Counted from the stretch's first letter, positions 50,727 to 60,427 are shown. The stretch: DNA of 64,000 nucleotides from Sandaracinaceae bacterium (GCA_044220955.1 JBGAQA010000022.1:1-64000), one strand, 5' to 3'. Notes: generated from the letters alone by a model not told the origin. Numbers and translations are program-made.

Positions 50727-52715
50727 TCAGGGGCCGTCGACACGAACCAGCGGGTGCAGGTTCAGCCGGTCTGCGACCGCGAGCGCGCGGTCGACCGGGC
50801 CGGTGATCACGTGGAAGACCCAGGTGTCCGCCTCGCTCTCGGGGAGCGTGTCGTCACGGAAGGTCATCGTCTGCATCGCGCGATTCATGCGCGCCGCGAG
50901 CGCGACCGTGGACGTGTCGAGGATCAGCCATCGATCGGTCGCCAGGCCGAGCGGGCCGTCGTTCACCGGGATGGCGCTGGTCGTGAACGTGAGCGCCGAG
51001 AGCGGCAGATCCTCGATCGTCCCGTCGAGGAGCGCGGGCGTCGCCCTGATGCGATCGAGCGTCCAGCCGAAGGTGACCTCGGGGTGGCCCGCGCCGGCTG
51101 GGAAGTCGACCGTGAGCACGTGGTGGTCGGTCTCGCCGACGAAGCGCTGCCAGCGCGCGTCGAAGGTGCGGCCGTGGCCGGGCGCGACCGCGAAGGGCGG
51201 CGAGGGATCGTCCTCGAGCACGGCGGGCGTGGTCGCGGGCGCCGCGGAGACCGTCCCGGACGCCGTGTCGACGAGGAGCGGCGGCGCGATGCCGATCGAG
51301 GCGGCCGCCGAGAGCACGACCGCGCGCGCCCGCGCCTCGGCCGACGCGCCGTGGACGAGCCCGTAGTACGTCTCGGGCGCCGCCGGGTTCCAGCCCGTCG
51401 CGTCGCTCACCTCGCCGAGGAAGAGGTCACGCCATGCGCGCTCGATCTCCGCCTGGGCGCTCGCGTCCGGGTGCCCGGCGACCGTCGCCGCGGCGAGCGT
51501 CGCCTCGGCGGCCAGGGCCATGCGCCCCGCGCGCGTGTTGCCGGTCAGCACGCCGTTGTCGCGCTCGGTCGCCGCGAACGCGCCCGAGTTGCCCATCCAG
51601 CGCGCGACGTTCTCGGTGTCGTCCGGCTGCCAGTCGCCGTCGAAGGTAGGCGGCAGATCCACCGGCGCGACCCCGGCGCCCTCGAGCGTCGCGACCCAGT
51701 CGCCGACGCCTGCGATGACGTAGCCCGCGGTCTCGAGCGCCTCGAGCTGCGACTCGAACTCGGCCACCGCGGCGGGATCGACCACGAAGTCGGGTGGCGT
51801 GTAGGGGTTGATGCCGTTCGTCGCGAGCAGCTCGGCGTCGTCCATGTACACCCACACCGAAGAGAAGCCGCTGGCGACGTCGTTCACGCCGCGCCCGCCG
51901 ATCACGACGGGCACGCCGTGCGTCGTGTAGAAGGGCGCGACGTCGCCGTCGCCGTGCTGGTGCGAGAAGAGGTTCTTCGGCAGGACGAGGACGTCGTCGC
52001 CCGCGGTGCCGAGCAGGTCCGCCATGCCCACACCGAACTGACCCTCCTGCGTGAACACCGGGCCCGACGCCGCGACGCACGCGTCGGCGAGCACGCGGTC
52101 GTTCAGGTCGTGGCTGCGATCCATGTGCGTGCGGGGGTACGCGAGGAAGAGCTGATCGGAGTAGTGGAACGAGACGAGCTCGACCTGTCCGGAGCGCACC
52201 AGATCCGAGAGGTGCTGCGCGACGCTCCGGTGCCGGGCGAGCATCACCTCCGCGAAGTAGCCCTGCAGCTCGATCGAGAGCGTCCAGCTCGGGTGCGCGT
52301 CGAGCAGGTCCAGCACCGGCACGAGCGACTCGGTGACGATCGCGTCCTGGATGCGGTCGTCACCCCAGTCCGGGTAGGGCTGGATGCTCCCGAGGAACGC
52401 GCCCGTGAGGCCGCCCGCGACGTACTGCAGGTTGTAGTGCAGCACGCTGAGCGCGAAGCGGCGCTGCGTCCCGAGATCGCGCGGGTCGCGGCGCGCGGGA
52501 CCCGATGGGCAGGCCAGCGGTGCCGCGTTCCACGTCGCCGCCGTGTCGAAGTCCGGCATGACCCACGCGTCGGGGCGCGGGCCGGTGTCGGCGCGCGCGT
52601 GGGCGTCCGCGCCCGCGTCGGGCGCGCCGGTGTCGTCGCCGGGCGGTGTCGACGGGTGGGTCGTGCACGCGAGCGCGAAGACGCTCGCGAGGAGCAGGGT
52701 GCAAGCGCGTGTCAC
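50727..52715 (-). CDS. Lipoprotein with glycoside hydrolase family 57-like domain
   Basis: Lipobox FALAC; LHYNLQY, SIELQG, GQVELVSFHYSD, QEGQ, YMDDAE, EVSDATGW resemble the GH57 conserved regions. Confidence 0.6.
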   Translation of the reverse strand: MTRACTLLLASVFALACTTHPSTPPGDDTGAPDAGADAHARADTGPRPDAWVMPDFDTAATWNAAPLACPSGPARRDPRDLGTQRRFALSVLHYNLQYVAGGLTGAFLGSIQPYPDWGDDRIQDAIVTESLVPVLDLLDAHPSWTLSIELQGYFAEVMLARHRSVAQHLSDLVRSGQVELVSFHYSDQLFLAYPRTHMDRSHDLNDRVLADACVAASGPVFTQEGQFGVGMADLLGTAGDDVLVLPKNLFSHQHGDGDVAPFYTTHGVPVVIGGRGVNDVASGFSSVWVYMDDAELLATNGINPYTPPDFVVDPAAVAEFESQLEALETAGYVIAGVGDWVATLEGAGVAPVDLPPTFDGDWQPDDTENVARWMGNSGAFAATERDNGVLTGNTRAGRMALAAEATLAAATVAGHPDASAQAEIERAWRDLFLGEVSDATGWNPAAPETYYGLVHGASAEARARAVVLSAAASIGIAPPLLVDTASGTVSAAPATTPAVLEDDPSPPFAVAPGHGRTFDARWQRFVGETDHHVLTVDFPAGAGHPEVTFGWTLDRIRATPALLDGTIEDLPLSALTFTTSAIPVNDGPLGLATDRWLILDTSTVALAARMNRAMQTMTFRDDTLPESEADTWVFHVITGPVDRALAVADRLNLHPLVRVDGP

Positions 52716-52833
52716 GACGAGCAGCGTACACCCACCCGAACGAGACGATGAGCCATCAGGGACCCGACGCGCGAGCGTGCGTGGCCGCCGCGCGTCGCTC
52801 GATGCGAGCGGCGAGGTGTTACGCTCCACCGCC

Positions 52834-54219
52834 ATGACGCGCGGCTCGATCCTGGTCGTCGACGACGAGAAGAACATCCTCGCCACGCTCTCTCGCGCGC
52901 TGCGCGTCGAGGACTTCGACGTGGACGTGGCGGGGAGCGCCGCGATCGCGCTCGAGAAGGCGCGCAGCAAGGCCTACGACGGCTACCTCGTGGACGTGAA
53001 CATGCCCGGCGGCGACGGGCTCTCGCTCCTCAAGACGCTGCGCGAGGCCGCGATCGAGGCGCCCGTGATCGTGATGAGCGGGCAGGGCTCGATCGAGACG
53101 GCGGTCGAGGCGACGCGGCTCGGCGCGCACGACTTCCTCGAGAAGCCGATCGGCACCGAGCGGCTGCTCCTCTCGCTCGACCGCGCGCTCGAGTTCACCA
53201 AGCTCGAGCGAGAGAACAAGGCGCTGCGCGAGCGCTCCGGCGGCGACACCGGCCTGCTCGGGGACAGCGCCGCGATGCGCAAGCTCAAGGAGCAGATCGA
53301 GCTGGCCGCCTCGGCCATCGCGACCGTGCTCGTCACCGGCGAGCGCGGGAGCGGCAAGGAGCTCGTCGCCGCCGCGATCCACCGGGGCAGCAAGCGCCAC
53401 AAGGGCCCCTTCGAGAAGCTCAACTGCGCCGCGGTGCCCGCCGAGCTCATCGAGAGCGAGCTCTTCGGCCACGAGGCGGGCTCGTTCACCGGCGCGACCA
53501 AGCAGCGCCGGGGCAAGTTCGAGCGCGCGAGCAAGGGCACGCTCTTCCTCGACGAGGTCGGGGACATGCCCTCGCCGATGCAGGCCAAGCTCCTGCGCGT
53601 GCTGCAGGAGGGGGAGCTCGAGCGCGTCGGCGGCGGCGACGTGATCGAGGTCGACGTGCGCGTGGTGGCCGCGACGAACAAGCCGCTGCGCAAGGAGATC
53701 GAGGAGGGCCGCTTCCGCGCCGACCTCTTCGACCGCCTCAACGTCGTGCCGCTGCGGGTTCCGTCGCTCCGTGATCGCATCGAGGACGTGCCGCTGCTCG
53801 CAGCCCACTTCCTGCGCGCGGCGTGCGTCGCCAACGATCGGCGCGGCAAGTCGTTCACCGACGGCGCGCTCGCCGCCCTCGGTCGGTACGACTACCCGGG
53901 CAACGTCCGCGAGCTGCGCAACCTCGTCGAGCGGCTCGTGATCCTCACGCTCGAGGACGAGATCACCGAGAGCGACGTGCGCGCGCAGCTCCCCATCGCG
54001 GGGGGCGCGCCGACCGGAGGCTACTACCGCCCCGCGACGCCGCTCGAGACGATGGTGCGCGAGGCCGAGCGCGATCTCGTCCTCAGGGCGCTCGAGCACA
54101 ACCAGGGGCACATGACGCGCACGGCGTCGGATCTCGGGCTCGAGCGAAGCCACCTGTACAAGAAGATGAAGGCCCTGGGCCTGCGTCACCGCGAGGACGA
54201 CACCGACGCCGGCGGCTGA
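52834..54219 (+). CDS. Sigma54-dependent response regulator (NtrC/NtrX family)
   Basis: REC domain (VVDDE, DVNMPG, EKP), GERGSGKE, ESELFGHEAGSFTGA, FLDEVG, GNVREL, HTH. Confidence 0.93.
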   Translation: MTRGSILVVDDEKNILATLSRALRVEDFDVDVAGSAAIALEKARSKAYDGYLVDVNMPGGDGLSLLKTLREAAIEAPVIVMSGQGSIETAVEATRLGAHDFLEKPIGTERLLLSLDRALEFTKLERENKALRERSGGDTGLLGDSAAMRKLKEQIELAASAIATVLVTGERGSGKELVAAAIHRGSKRHKGPFEKLNCAAVPAELIESELFGHEAGSFTGATKQRRGKFERASKGTLFLDEVGDMPSPMQAKLLRVLQEGELERVGGGDVIEVDVRVVAATNKPLRKEIEEGRFRADLFDRLNVVPLRVPSLRDRIEDVPLLAAHFLRAACVANDRRGKSFTDGALAALGRYDYPGNVRELRNLVERLVILTLEDEITESDVRAQLPIAGGAPTGGYYRPATPLETMVREAERDLVLRALEHNQGHMTRTASDLGLERSHLYKKMKALGLRHREDDTDAGG

Positions 54220-54223
54220 CCGC

Positions 54224-54452
54224 AGGAGTGCTCACCACGCAGGCCGCGGACGGGAGGGGCCGGAGGGGTGAGCCGAGCCTCTGGAGAGGAGTGCTCACCA
54301 CGCAGGCCGCGGACGGGAGCGCGCGTGAGCGCGCGGACGGGATGGGCCGGAGGGGTGAGCCGAGCCTCCGGAGAGGAGTGCTCACCACGCAGGCCGCGGA
54401 CGGGAGCGCGCGTGAGCGCGCGGACGGGAGGGGCCGGAGGGGTGAGCCGAGC
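54224..54452. repeat. Intergenic tandem repeat, 3 units (63, 87 and a partial 79 bp)
   Basis: Units start at 54224, 54287 and 54374 with AGGAGTGCTCACCACGCAGGCCGCGGACGGGAG and end with GGCCGGAGGGGTGAGCCGAGC. Confidence 0.9.
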
Positions 54453-54484
54453 AATTGGGACGGCCTCGCGCTACAAAGCACCGC

Positions 54485-54952
54485 ATGCGGCACCTCTTCT
54501 TCTTCACGGCGTGTGTGATCTCCCTCGGCGCGGCGAGCGGGTGCAGCGGTACCACCACGGTCGGCAGCGACGCGGGCGGCGGCGGCATGGACGTCGGCGG
54601 CGGCGGCATGGACGTCGGCACGCCGGGGACCGACGGCGGCACGCCGGGGAGCGACAGCGGCACGCCGGGGAGCGACAGCGGCACGCCCGGGAGCGACAGC
54701 GGCACGCCCGGCACGGACGCGGGCGCCGGCGCGGACGGCGGATGCCTCGCCACGCTCGGCGCGCTCGGTCAGGACTGCACGACGAACGGCGACTGCCCGT
54801 CCGGCTTCGTCTGCCAGCCGGTCAACGGCTTCATCCTCACGCAGAGCTGCCAGATCCGCTGCGACTCCCCCGCGTTCACGTGCCCTTGCGGGACCGCGTG
54901 CATGGACCACGGGGACAAGGTGACGTCATGGCGACAGTGCGATCAGCTCTGA
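54485..54952 (+). CDS. Small Cys-rich lipoprotein with 7-aa tandem repeats
   Basis: AASGC lipobox-like motif, (GGGGMDV)2 plus five GTPGxDx repeats, Cys-rich C terminus. Confidence 0.75.
   Translation: MRHLFFFTACVISLGAASGCSGTTTVGSDAGGGGMDVGGGGMDVGTPGTDGGTPGSDSGTPGSDSGTPGSDSGTPGTDAGAGADGGCLATLGALGQDCTTNGDCPSGFVCQPVNGFILTQSCQIRCDSPAFTCPCGTACMDHGDKVTSWRQCDQL
54575..54721 (+). repeat. Coding 21-bp tandem repeat (7 units)
   Basis: GGCGGCGGCGGCATGGACGTC x2, then five GGCACGCCGGGGAGCGACAGC-like units. Confidence 0.85.
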
Positions 54953-56064
54953 TCATCCCGCTCGCGCTCGCCCTGCTCGCGCCTGCCGCGGCCCACGCGC
55001 AAGATCTCGGCTTCGGCGCGCACGCCGTGCCGACGAGCGAGGCGCGCATCACGCCACGCTGGGACAACTATCTCTTCACGGGCAACCACACCGAGAACAT
55101 CGCCGGCGGCACCTCCGATGTCGGCGGGACGCTCTGGGCGACGGGGCTCTCCGTGCAAGCGGACTTCCGGACCTTCGTGGTCGCGATGAACATCCCGATC
55201 GCCTTCACGCACACGTGGTTCGCGACGAACCTGCCGGTCGTCGGATCGCGCTCGGACTACTCGGATCAGACCGAGCTCGGGAACATCCAGTTCGAGGGCT
55301 TCGCCAACATCGACCTCGGCGCCGAGCACCGGCTGCTCATCGGCGGCGGCATCGCGCTCCCGACGGCCACCGATCAGGCGAGCCCGTCGTCGGGGCGCGG
55401 CTTCTTCACGCGGCAGGCGGCGTTCCACAGCACGTTCCGCAACCCCGCGGCGTGGGCCGACCAGTCGTTCGGCATCTGGCCGACGGCGACGTACCGCTAC
55501 GCCGTCGACTGGCTGCTCGTCCATGCGACGGGATCGATCCCGATCTTCCTGCCGACGCACGGGGACTACGGCGGCGCCGTGCTCGGCACCGTCAACCTGT
55601 GGGCGCCCGGGGAGACGACGGTCGCGCGCGGCAACGTCGAGCTGATGCTGAACCTCGAGGTCGGCGCGGCGCTGCGTCTGGGCAACATCGTGGACGTCGG
55701 CGCCTCGTTCCTCGGCTGGGCGCTGCCGAGCGCCAGCGGGATGATGGGCAACCCCGATCTCGGACAGACGGCGCTCGCGCTCTCGGTCCAGACGGACGAC
55801 GCCCTCGACTTCCCGCTCGGCGCGGGCTTCGAGTGGCTCCTCGATCTCGACAACGCCTGGGGCCCGAGCGGCGGCGACCGCCGCTTCTGGGGCGCGCACG
55901 CCTACGTCTACGGCCGCTTCGACGTCGGCGCGGGCGGCGCGATCTCGACGCCCGACTTCCACCCGGACGACGTCGGTCCGGTGCACGTCGGCCCGAGCGG
56001 CGGCGGTGGCGGAGCCACGGACGCCCCCAGCGACGGCACGACGAGCACCACCACCACGCCGTGA
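54928..56064 (+). CDS. Secreted protein, probable outer-membrane beta-barrel
   Basis: Signal peptide ...APAAAHA|Q, alternating aromatic beta-strands (AHAYVYGRFDV). Overlaps the upstream gene by 25 bp. Confidence 0.6.
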   Translation: MATVRSALIIPLALALLAPAAAHAQDLGFGAHAVPTSEARITPRWDNYLFTGNHTENIAGGTSDVGGTLWATGLSVQADFRTFVVAMNIPIAFTHTWFATNLPVVGSRSDYSDQTELGNIQFEGFANIDLGAEHRLLIGGGIALPTATDQASPSSGRGFFTRQAAFHSTFRNPAAWADQSFGIWPTATYRYAVDWLLVHATGSIPIFLPTHGDYGGAVLGTVNLWAPGETTVARGNVELMLNLEVGAALRLGNIVDVGASFLGWALPSASGMMGNPDLGQTALALSVQTDDALDFPLGAGFEWLLDLDNAWGPSGGDRRFWGAHAYVYGRFDVGAGGAISTPDFHPDDVGPVHVGPSGGGGGATDAPSDGTTSTTTTP

Positions 56065-56185
56065 GCTCGGGAGCCGTCTCCCCGCGCCCGGGGAGAGGGG
56101 TGGGTGAGGGGACCGAGTTCGCTGGTGGGATCGCGCTGGACGGATCGCGGCGAGCGAGCTATTCACCCGCCCCGTTTTCCCTTTC

Positions 56186-56257
<72 letters not shown>

Positions 56258-56261
56258 TCCA

Positions 56262-56669
56262 GTGCGACCCGTCCGGATGCTCTCGCTCGCGATGGTGCTA
56301 CTGGGCTGCGGCGGCGCTCCGGCGACGGGTCCCGCGGCCCGACCAACCGATGGGCCCGCGACGCGCCTGGGTGAATTCGATCAGCAGGCGGTCGTCCGCA
56401 TGATCCATACACACCGCCACGAGATCCAGGCTTGCTACGAGCGCGAGCTGGCCGCGACGCCGTCGCTCGTCGGCCGCATCGCGGTGCAGATGACGATCGC
56501 GGAGTCGGGAGCCGTCGAGGGCGTGCACGTCGCCGATACGACGATGGCGGGAGGCGAGGTCGTGGCCGCGTGCGTCGTCGCCGTCGTCGACGCTTTCGAA
56601 TTCGATCCGGGCCCGACGGGCGGGAACGTGAGCTACACGTTCCCTTTCGCGTTCGAGCCGCAGCGCTGA
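56262..56669 (+). CDS. Lipoprotein with AgmX/PglI C-terminal (TonB-C-like) domain
   Basis: LLGC lipobox, IQACYERELAATPSLVGRIAVQMTI...ACVV...YTFPFAF. Start 56262 or 56277. Confidence 0.75.
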   Translation: MRPVRMLSLAMVLLGCGGAPATGPAARPTDGPATRLGEFDQQAVVRMIHTHRHEIQACYERELAATPSLVGRIAVQMTIAESGAVEGVHVADTTMAGGEVVAACVVAVVDAFEFDPGPTGGNVSYTFPFAFEPQR

Positions 56670-56716
56670 CCCGCGGCAGGGCGATCTGTGCGACGCCCCG
56701 TGTTAGCCTCGACCTC

Positions 56717-56947
56717 ATGAGCGTGCGTGCGGTGGTCCGTCGCGGGCGCCTCGTCGTGGACGAGCCGACCGATCTGCCGGAAGGGGTCGTCTTGGACCTC
56801 GTGATGGACGACGAGGGCGACGACCTCGACCCGGCGGGGCGCGCTGCGCGGGATGCCGCGATCTCGCGTAGCTTGCGCGAAGCGGCCGCGGGGCAGACCG
56901 CACCGGCCGAGGCCATCCTCGACCGGCTGCGCGCTCGCTCCCGATGA
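56717..56947 (+). CDS. Putative antitoxin
   Basis: 76 aa with an acidic middle; N-terminal VRAVVRRGRLVVDEPTDLPEG; ATGA overlap with the toxin gene. Confidence 0.7.
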   Translation: MSVRAVVRRGRLVVDEPTDLPEGVVLDLVMDDEGDDLDPAGRAARDAAISRSLREAAAGQTAPAEAILDRLRARSR

Positions 56948-57249
56948 CGAAGCCGGTTCGAACCACTCCGACAGCCGATGCACACATCGAGCGGCTCGAC
57001 GCGTGGTGGCGCGAGAACCGCGACAAGGCTCCCGACCTCTTCCGCGAAGAGCTGGCGCTGGCGTTTCGAACGATCGCGGCCGCACCCGGTGCGGGTCGCA
57101 CGCACCCGCACCCGGACGGCGACGTCCGCCGCGTGCTGCTGCGCTCGACGCGCCAGCACGTCTACTACGTCGAGCGAGACGATCACGTGCTCGTCGTGGC
57201 CGTGTGGGGCGCGATCAAGGGCGCCGGGCCGGACCTGGCCGGCGCCTGA
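56944..57249 (+). CDS. RelE/ParE-family toxin
   Basis: 101 aa: TPTADAHIERLDAWWRENR...PGAG...VRRVLL...HVYY...VLVVAVW. Confidence 0.8.
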   Translation: MTKPVRTTPTADAHIERLDAWWRENRDKAPDLFREELALAFRTIAAAPGAGRTHPHPDGDVRRVLLRSTRQHVYYVERDDHVLVVAVWGAIKGAGPDLAGA

Positions 57250-57284
57250 CGAACGTCGTCGGCGGCGGCTACGGCGACTGCCGC

Positions 57285-57697
57285 GCCTTCAACAAGCTGG
57301 GATCGCACGCGACCCGACTGCACCTGCTACGGGGGTTCGTGCGCGCGCACCCGGAGCACGAGGCGGTGCTAGCGCTGCTCCCGGCGCGCGACGGCGGGAG
57401 CGAGCACGTGGACGACAACGAAAGCGCCGAGACGCCGATCGCTGACGGATCGGTGTACCTCGTGAAGCACGGAAGGCATTCAAGATCGGGCACACGTTCG
57501 ACGTGCCACGGCGGCACCGCCAGATCGCGATGGAGCTGCCGGAGAAGCTCGACACCGTTCACGTCATCGCCACCGACGACCCGTCCGGGATCGAGACCTA
57601 CTGGCATCGGCGCTTCGCGGCGAAGCGCACGAACGGCGAGTGGTTCGCGCTCACGCCAGCGGACGTCCGCGCGTTCAAGCGCCGCAAGTTCATGTAG
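57285..57697 (+). pseudogene. Truncated, frameshifted GIY-YIG (T5orf172/MUG113-like) nuclease
   Basis: [11 protein letters not shown], then a frameshift at ~57480 into [11 protein letters not shown]...[21 protein letters not shown]...FKRRKFM. No start codon in the upstream frame. Confidence 0.8.
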
Positions 57698-58082
57698 CCG
57701 TCACGCCGGCCGGCGAGAGCGTGAACTGGATCGGGGCGGCGCTACTGTTGTGAAAGGACAGGTGCGCCTCGCAGCGAGCGCCGCCGAGCTGGGCAACGCC
57801 GTCGAGCTGACCGCCATAGAGCGGCGGGAGCTCGCCGTCGGCCGAGAAGAGAATGCACAGGCGAGCGCAGATCCAGCGAAGCGTTCCGCGAGCGTGCGCT
57901 GCCGAGATCGTCTCGACGTCCGCTCCGGCGCGCAGCTCGAGCATGGAGTCGCCGACGTGCCGCATCGAGACCTCGACGCCATCGCGGACGAGCTCGAGCA
58001 CGTCCGCCACGTACGCGTCGATGTCGGGCGAAGCGAGGGTCACGTGCCGTGACCAGCTCGTGGCCAGCCGTGCTGCAGTCAT
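57690..58082 (-). CDS. Hypothetical protein
   Basis: Protein-like composition; fills the gap between neighbours; no recognised motif. Confidence 0.5.
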   Translation of the reverse strand: MTAARLATSWSRHVTLASPDIDAYVADVLELVRDGVEVSMRHVGDSMLELRAGADVETISAAHARGTLRWICARLCILFSADGELPPLYGGQLDGVAQLGGARCEAHLSFHNSSAAPIQFTLSPAGVTAT

Positions 58083-58169
58083 GGAGTCGTCATGCCGAAC
58101 GCTCGCCGGCGGCGCGCCTGTTCCAGCTCGCGTCAGCACTGACGCTGCTCGCGGGGCGTCGCGCCTGCC

Positions 58170-58886
58170 TCACGCGTGCGTCTGGACCGCGATGCGCCGT
58201 GCGCCGCCGCCGAAGTCGAACTGCCGGTAGAACTCGTAGAGGAAGTAGAAGCAGAGGCTGTTGGTCACGTGCCACGCGGCATGCCCCGAGAGGACGTGGC
58301 TCTCCGGAATGCAGAAGAGGCGCGTGTAGTCGGGCACCCAGAAGGCCAGCGCCACGACGAACACCGCGAGCAGGACAGAGAGCGGCCGGTACTCGATGCG
58401 ATCGCCGCCCGCCGGCTGGCTCCGGTAGATCCGCCACTCGAGCGCCAGCACGGCGATCACCTGCGCGGCGAAGAGCGGCACGCCGATCGGGCGCACGAGG
58501 AGCAAAAGGCCGAGGCTCCCCGCGACGAGCGCGAAGTACGTCGCGACCGCGCGCCGCACGGCGATGCCGTACGCGCGGTACACGCCCACCGTCAGCGCGT
58601 AGAGCGAGAACGTGTACATCGAGAAGAGGTCGAGGAACTCCGTCGCGAAGACGTCGGACGCGTGGTACGCGCCCGAGAGCAGCCCCACGAGGATCGCCGA
58701 GACGCCGATGGGCACGAGCGCGCGCGCTCCCGCGTCGCGCCGCGAGCGCACGACGAGCACGACGCCGACGATCACGTACGCGAGGCACGACCAGGTGTTC
58801 GCGGGCTCGACGATCCATCCGCAGACGTTCGCCTCGCAGAAGTCGAAGTTGCTCGGCGCGTAGCCGTCCCAGGGGCAAGTCTGCAC
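58170..58886 (-). CDS. Alkaline ceramidase-like (CREST superfamily) membrane hydrolase
   Basis: FCEAN...EPANTWS, SGAYHAS, D, GHAAWH; about 7 TM segments. Confidence 0.8.
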   Translation of the reverse strand: MQTCPWDGYAPSNFDFCEANVCGWIVEPANTWSCLAYVIVGVVLVVRSRRDAGARALVPIGVSAILVGLLSGAYHASDVFATEFLDLFSMYTFSLYALTVGVYRAYGIAVRRAVATYFALVAGSLGLLLLVRPIGVPLFAAQVIAVLALEWRIYRSQPAGGDRIEYRPLSVLLAVFVVALAFWVPDYTRLFCIPESHVLSGHAAWHVTNSLCFYFLYEFYRQFDFGGGARRIAVQTHA

Positions 58887-58946
58887 GGAAGCAGACGATA
58901 CCAGCGCGCTCGCCGCCTCGCGCCCCGCGTGACGCAGAGGCCACGC

Positions 58947-60323
58947 TCAGCGCCGCAGGCGCTCGACCAGGGCGGCGACGTAGCTCGCCTCGTCGCTCGG
59001 CCCGCCCGCGCGCACCGGGCCGATCTCCTCCAGCACCGCGCGCACTTGGACGTCTCGTCCGGCGGCGAAGAGCGCGAGCGCCACGCGCGCCAGCGCGCCC
59101 GGGCGGTGCTCGGGTGACGTCCGGCGCGCGGCGTCGAGCGCCTCGTCGTGGTGGCCGGCGCGGGCGAGCGCGATCGCGACGGCGGCGAGCGCCGAAGAGC
59201 GGGCCATGGCGGGCACGCGGGTGCCGACGAGGTCGGGGACGCGCCCCGCAGCGGCCACGAGGCCCTCGCGCCCCGCGGCCGGCGTCCCCGGTGCGACCGC
59301 GCCCGCCGCGAGCGCCACGAGCTCGCTCCGTACGTACGTGTCGACGTCCGGGCACGCCTCCGCCTCGGCCAGCACGTGCAGCGCCTGCCCGAGGTTCTGC
59401 ACCGCCGCGCACCCCTCGATGCGGACGCGCAGCTGGGCGCGTCGCTCGGCACCGTAGTCCATCTCGCCGAAGCGCCGGAACGAGCTCGAGAGCGGCAACT
59501 GCCGCGTCGTCGGCGAGAGCGAGCGCCGGCCGAGCGGCAGGCCACGCATCGACGCGAGGTGCTGCACGCGATGCCGCGCGTCGGCGATGCCCTGGCGGAA
59601 TTTCGCGGTGTACCCGTCCAGGTCGTCGTCGACGTCGACGCGGTCGATGCACGCGTCCGCCTCGAGCAGGAGCGCGGGGGCGTTCTCGTCGCCCGCCGCG
59701 GCGAGCGCGGCGGCACACCACGCGTAGCGGTTCGCGCGGGCGACCGGCTCGGTGTCCCGCGGCGGCGCGGCGGCGAGCAGCGCGTCTGCCAGCGTGCGCG
59801 CGCGGTCCTCCGCTCCGAGCAGACCGAGCGCCGTCGCGATCAGCGCCTCTGCGTGGACGGCGGCCGCCGCGGCGTGGCGGGCCGTCTCCCAGCGCTCGTG
59901 GTGCGCGGCGGCGAGGCCGCGCGCGATCGGGAGAAGCTGCGCCTCGATATCGACCGTCGTCTCGGGCGCCCCACCGGCGACCAGCCCCGCGAGCCCGGCG
60001 CGCAGCGTCGCCGCCGCCGCTTGCCACTCGCCCGCGCCCCGGACGAGCGCGGCCACCGCCTCGACGTCGCCGGCACGCCCGAGCGCCTCGGTCAGCGCCG
60101 CGCGCGCGCCGCCACGCGCAAGGCCCCGTGTCGCGATCGCGTCGAGCACGTCCCGCTCGCCGCGCGCATCGCACGCGCGCACGAGCGCGGCGAGCGTCTC
60201 CGGGTCCGGCGCGCGGCCCAGCGCCTCGAGCACCTCGCGCCGCAGCGCTCCGGCGTCCACCCTCGCCCCGCGCGCGTCGAGCGCCTCGGCGACGTCGAGC
60301 CATGCGCGCGTCGTGGCCCCCAT
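58947..60323 (-). CDS. Hypothetical Ala-rich helical protein
   Basis: Best coding frame; no recognised motif. Confidence 0.55.
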   Translation of the reverse strand: MGATTRAWLDVAEALDARGARVDAGALRREVLEALGRAPDPETLAALVRACDARGERDVLDAIATRGLARGGARAALTEALGRAGDVEAVAALVRGAGEWQAAAATLRAGLAGLVAGGAPETTVDIEAQLLPIARGLAAAHHERWETARHAAAAAVHAEALIATALGLLGAEDRARTLADALLAAAPPRDTEPVARANRYAWCAAALAAAGDENAPALLLEADACIDRVDVDDDLDGYTAKFRQGIADARHRVQHLASMRGLPLGRRSLSPTTRQLPLSSSFRRFGEMDYGAERRAQLRVRIEGCAAVQNLGQALHVLAEAEACPDVDTYVRSELVALAAGAVAPGTPAAGREGLVAAAGRVPDLVGTRVPAMARSSALAAVAIALARAGHHDEALDAARRTSPEHRPGALARVALALFAAGRDVQVRAVLEEIGPVRAGGPSDEASYVAALVERLRR

Positions 60324-60427
60324 CGGCGCCCGAGCATCCGCGAGCGCCCGGTCGTGGTCAACGACGCGGCCCCCTCTCCCATCCCGCCCCGGCTCGCATC
60401 GCTCGGAGGCGTGCGTAGAATCGCGGC

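Noticed and set aside
54224..54452. Possible CRISPR array (33-nt conserved block x3)
   Set aside because: The intervening sequences are near-identical rather than unique spacers, and there are no cas genes in the window.
56077..56112. CTCCC...GGGAGAGGGGTGGGTGAGGGG REP-like motif before the tRNA
   Set aside because: A single degenerate copy in the window; not enough to call a repeat family.
60402..60411. CTCGGAGGCG matching the tRNA-Thr 3' end (possible attR)
   Set aside because: Only 10 bp in GC-rich DNA and no integrase nearby; compatible with chance.
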